Source: a virus (Duplodnaviria; Caudoviricetes). From it: a stretch of DNA of 58,460 bases. Within the stretch, counting starts at the first letter, position 1; every line of letters begins with the position of its first letter. Positions 54,898 through 58,460 of the stretch are shown here, one piece after another. The stretch is from positions 1 to 58,460 of the IMG/VR virus record IMGVR_UViG_3300046722_000114; one strand, written 5' to 3'. A program made the translations under genes and the position numbers. The notes under the pieces were generated by a model that saw only the letters and a program-made list of their open reading frames with translations, was not told the origin of the DNA and made no database searches.

Positions 54898-56109
54898 TTA
54901 TACTAAACCCAAGAATCCCAGGAGACCACCGCCTCCCAGACTCGTTCCGGCGGTCGCGATATCGGACCCTATCGTGGCGCCGCCAGGGATCAAGAATGGT
55001 GAACCGGCGGCGGTCCCTGTTAGTGCTGAAGCACCACTGCCGCCTAATAGGCTCCCGAAAAAACTGCCCAAACCGCCGTTCCCCAACCCGAGCGCGCCTC
55101 CAAGCGACCCGAGACCATTGAAAAGCGTGTTGTTGAGCGTATTCCCGGCGGCAAAGCGGTTAGCCGCATTCTGTGAAGCAACCTGGCCAGCGCCCACGAC
55201 ATTTGCCGGTGAAACGCTTGTCGGCGATCCGCCGAACGTCGGCAGGCTGCCGGCCCACTGGAACCCCGAAAGCGGGTTGAGCGTCGTCAAATCCTGTGCG
55301 GCGCTCCCCAGGATACCGGTCCCAATGCCGGACAACGATTGCAGCGCGGTCAGAGGGTTCTGCCACATCTGCTGGAGCGCCTGATTCCTGAACGCGCCCC
55401 CTGCTTGTAGCTCGCTCGCGCCCTGCTGCCGAGCCGCTAAATCCTCGCCAAACAGCTTCGCCTGCTCAGCCTGCCCAGCCGTAGTAGCGGCATCCGCCGC
55501 CTGTTGGTAAGCAAGCGTCGATTGCCGCCCAAGATCGCCCTGCGCCCGGCTGTAGGCATCCGTACCGACGCCGATCCCCTCGTCGGCCAGCTGCTGCCTG
55601 AGATCGCTGCCCTTTTGCGCGAACTGCGGGTCCAAATATCCAGTCTGCTGCTTATAGGCAGCATTCCTGGCCGCATCGACCTGATTGCTGAAATCGGCCG
55701 TACTGGACGGCAGCCTGCCCAAGCTGCCAAAATCTAGTCCAGTCTGGAGATTAGACGACGGGTTCAGCGTGCTCGGAAAGATGCTGTTAAACGCGCCGCC
55801 GAGAGCATTGGCGCCGTAATTAGCCGGTCCCGTTACAATGTTGGCAACATTATTGCCGAGATTGGCGAGGTTCCCGCCTAAATTAAGCTGCGAATTATAG
55901 ACGCCTTGCTCATATGGGCCGAGTTGCTGGTTAAGACCCCAGCGACCGTCCGGTCCCTGCGTGAATACCGAGCTGCCAAGTGGCGAGTATGTGTTGACAT
56001 TGTTCAGCGCCGACTGCGATTGCGCAGTCGCTATATTAGATTGAGCCTGAGACGCCGCTAAGGCGTTCGGGTCAATGCTGGGTGGCGCGCTCGTTCCGCC
56101 CTTTGACAT
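54898..56109 (-). CDS. Putative ejection/pilot protein
   Basis: MSKGG.SAPP, N.NTY.PLGS, LDPQF..L.QQLA..GI..G.DAY. Confidence 0.7.
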   Translation of the reverse strand: MSKGGTSAPPSIDPNALAASQAQSNIATAQSQSALNNVNTYSPLGSSVFTQGPDGRWGLNQQLGPYEQGVYNSQLNLGGNLANLGNNVANIVTGPANYGANALGGAFNSIFPSTLNPSSNLQTGLDFGSLGRLPSSTADFSNQVDAARNAAYKQQTGYLDPQFAQKGSDLRQQLADEGIGVGTDAYSRAQGDLGRQSTLAYQQAADAATTAGQAEQAKLFGEDLAARQQGASELQAGGAFRNQALQQMWQNPLTALQSLSGIGTGILGSAAQDLTTLNPLSGFQWAGSLPTFGGSPTSVSPANVVGAGQVASQNAANRFAAGNTLNNTLFNGLGSLGGALGLGNGGLGSFFGSLLGGSGASALTGTAAGSPFLIPGGATIGSDIATAGTSLGGGGLLGFLGLV

Positions 56110-56527
56110 CGTTCCTCTGCCCAAGCCAACGGCATTCGTCGCGTAGCATCCCGAAGATCACGGCATCGCGGCCGGTTCTGAACGCCTGGCGCATCACGCC
56201 TTCCTGTCGAAATCCGAGGTGGCAGAGGAATGCCCGAACGGGCTGATTCGTGTCCTCGACAGAAGCAGTTATGCGTTTACACCCAATTTGGTGAAAAGGA
56301 TAGGAAAACACGGTTCGCATGATCGACCGAGTACACCATCGCGGCGAGATCGAGGTCATCGTGACCTCGATATCATGACCTCGATAGTTGTTGAAGACGA
56401 TGCCGGCTATCAACTGCCGATCGTCCAGAACCGCAAACGTCGCGCATTCCCCGAAATCATCAATGCCAAGCTGCTCGCCGACCCAGCGAGCAATGGGTGC
56501 GTCTGCGCCTATCATCGCACGAATCAC
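56072..56527 (-). CDS. GNAT-family acetyltransferase (podovirus tail module)
   Basis: F.YPF.Q.GC.RIT..N..LGFRQEG..R..D..IFGML..ECRW. Confidence 0.85.
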   Translation of the reverse strand: MIRAMIGADAPIARWVGEQLGIDDFGECATFAVLDDRQLIAGIVFNNYRGHDIEVTMTSISPRWCTRSIMRTVFSYPFHQIGCKRITASVEDTNQPVRAFLCHLGFRQEGVMRQAFRTGRDAVIFGMLRDECRWLGQRNDVKGRNERATQH

Positions 56528-58047
56528 AGCATGTTCCCCGGCTCAAGCATCAGATCGGTGCGTATCCATAGCGTTTCCGCCTTGGTATTAGCCTTGATCC
56601 CCCATGACAGCGTTGATCCCTCCCCACCCTCCATGTGCCATCGCATATCGCTGAATAGGCTCGACGCCGCCCAAATGAACTCGCCCCATGTGCTGACACC
56701 CCAAATAGATGCGCCAATCGGCGTGCTGATCGGCGCAAAAAACCCTGGATTGCGATAATCGAACGCAACTTCAAAACAATATGACGCCCCCTGGTTTGTG
56801 GTTCTAACGACAATTCTCGATGCCGTAAGCCGTTTCAAGAGCGGTGAATTAAAGCTTTGCCATGCCTGTTGACTGCGGCTTGCGATAGCCGTTTCCTTAT
56901 CAAGAAATCCAGTATCTGCCTTGTTTACGAGTCCGCCAGCAGTTCCGTAATAAAGAGCGTCATTGAAAACCGCCCAGCAGGACGCCTGCATATCACGAAA
57001 TCTGCACCATGCCTGGATGGACGTATTGTAAATATGCTGAACAAATGTTCCGTCTGGGTTCGGGATATTGAAAATCAACCGCGAGCCTGCTGGATAATAT
57101 ATTGCCTGCCACCCGAACAACGACCCGCCGGCCATATAGGCTGCGGTAGCAGCTCCCGCGATCTTTGAGCGCGGCACCGTCTCTCCCAACTTTGCCGCTA
57201 TAAGCATCTTGGAGAGTTGCTGATGATCGCTTGTTGTGGCGATGTAGATATCACCACCAAACCTGACAATTGCTCTGGTATTGACTGGCGGCGGCAGGGT
57301 GTAGCGCCCCACAAGCGCCCAGTTGTTCGGATTAGACGGGTCCGATCCCGCGTACATAAGCAATTCGCCAGTAGACATAAAGAAACAGGTATAAGAGTCA
57401 ATACCCGTGCCACCGTCGTAGCTCATAACCTCAACGGCAATGAGATTGCCACCCTCTGTCTGTACCGTGCTCAGATCGAAGTTCGCGAGTACTCCAGTAA
57501 TACCGTTTACGGGTCCATACCAGAAACTGGGGTCGCCGCCCGTCCAGAAAAACAGGCGATTATGAATCGCTGCCACCCCCTTTAGCGTGTCAAGCGAAAC
57601 TCCGGTAAATCCGGCGTCGCTCATCGTAGCACCGTCGTATATCTGCACCTTGTCTGCGCCATTCGCTAAGAACAGATGCCCATTAAACATCGTGTCCTGC
57701 CAGCGATTAGACGTAAATCCTTGTTTTATGGCTTCACCTACCGTCCCGGCACTTGATGCGTCGAAGATAGATCCGGCGCATGCTCCCAACATTTTTTTGG
57801 TTGTATTGCTGCTGAAGATCGATAGCGTCTCCACACTGCCGCTACCCAACCCGTTAGCGAAGGATTGCGTCCCCTTGCGGACAGATACGCCACCAAAGTC
57901 AGGGTACCAATTATCTAGCAAGATCGCGTCGGTCGGCTGCATTGCCTCAAACGGATCGCGCGTATTCCATCCCAATAGCGGTGATGATACCTCTTGTGGT
58001 GCCGCGATTCGTCGGCTAGACCGCGTTTTTTCAGCAGCGCTAAGCAT
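56524..58047 (-). CDS. Tail nozzle / tubular protein B (P22 gp10-like)
   Basis: GWN.RD..M..DA..LDNW.P..V.VRKG, FNG.L..ANG.D, Y.G.DP. Confidence 0.85.
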   Translation of the reverse strand: MLSAAEKTRSSRRIAAPQEVSSPLLGWNTRDPFEAMQPTDAILLDNWYPDFGGVSVRKGTQSFANGLGSGSVETLSIFSSNTTKKMLGACAGSIFDASSAGTVGEAIKQGFTSNRWQDTMFNGHLFLANGADKVQIYDGATMSDAGFTGVSLDTLKGVAAIHNRLFFWTGGDPSFWYGPVNGITGVLANFDLSTVQTEGGNLIAVEVMSYDGGTGIDSYTCFFMSTGELLMYAGSDPSNPNNWALVGRYTLPPPVNTRAIVRFGGDIYIATTSDHQQLSKMLIAAKLGETVPRSKIAGAATAAYMAGGSLFGWQAIYYPAGSRLIFNIPNPDGTFVQHIYNTSIQAWCRFRDMQASCWAVFNDALYYGTAGGLVNKADTGFLDKETAIASRSQQAWQSFNSPLLKRLTASRIVVRTTNQGASYCFEVAFDYRNPGFFAPISTPIGASIWGVSTWGEFIWAASSLFSDMRWHMEGGEGSTLSWGIKANTKAETLWIRTDLMLEPGNML

Positions 58048-58048
58048 T

Positions 58049-58460
58049 TTACCCAGTCAATCCATAGGGCGCGAGCCATTGCCCCCTAGCTCGATTGGCG
58101 GTGCATCCCGATCCGCTCCCAATCAATATCTGATCCACCCCCGATGTCGCTTGCCCGTCGCTCACATAGCACTGGCTACCGTTTGCCCAACTCCCCAGGT
58201 CGGCGACCGCCAGTTGCAAGTTCAAGTCCACTATCCGCACATTCGACCCGCAATCGTACAAGGCGACTGCGCCCTTAAGGGCAAACAAGTTGTTGCAAAC
58301 AAATATGTGCCCAGTAGGCTGAGAGCCTATGACGATCCCTCCTGCTCCGTCCTGGTTATTCATATTGATTACATTTTCGGATATCACAACATTATCACCG
58401 CTTTGAATGCTTATGTATGCGCCCCCCGCATGCGTCAGACCACTCCTGAACGTATTATGT
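58049..58460 (-). CDS. Tailspike, 3' part (continuation of 1..1343 across the junction)
   Basis: Frame continuity through the terminal overlap. Confidence 0.8.
   Translation of the reverse strand, partial: HNTFRSGLTHAGGAYISIQSGDNVVISENVINMNNQDGAGGIVIGSQPTGHIFVCNNLFALKGAVALYDCGSNVRIVDLNLQLAVADLGSWANGSQCYVSDGQATSGVDQILIGSGSGCTANRARGQWLAPYGLTG
58329..58460. repeat. Terminal direct repeat, copy 2
   Basis: Matches 1-132 with one mismatch. Confidence 0.95.

Overview
The window is an apparently complete, circularly permuted ~58.3 kb genome of a tailed dsDNA phage with a podovirus-type (short tail, ejection proteins) gene set. A 132-bp terminal overlap with one mismatch closes the circle. GC content and accessory gene families suggest an alphaproteobacterial host (inference). 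One long minus-strand late operon runs: TerS, TerL, a split portal, scaffold, major capsid protein, a glycosylation-type enzyme trio, adaptor, a tailspike spanning the contig junction, nozzle, GNAT, ejection proteins, a fibre/adhesin block and holin-like/lipoprotein genes. The early region encodes a primase-SF3 helicase with an adjacent putative origin, a Cas4-like exonuclease, VRR-NUC, two DNA methyltransferases and many small ORFs. I saw no integrase, DNA polymerase, reverse transcriptase, tRNA or recognisable endolysin. The most striking feature is six consecutive fibre/adhesin-like genes (38.5-49.9 kb) plus one gene near TerL that carry Sec- or Tat-type signal peptides and paired cysteines. 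This suggests virion appendages that are exported, oxidatively folded in the periplasm and docked onto particles at or after lysis (hypothesis). Other oddities are a two-gene portal interrupted by a cassette, an in-frame UGA in a Maf-like glycosyltransferase, a HiPIP-like gene in the head module, a recurring 19-bp operator, and a repeat-bounded paralog array. All family assignments come from motif recognition by eye, not database searches.
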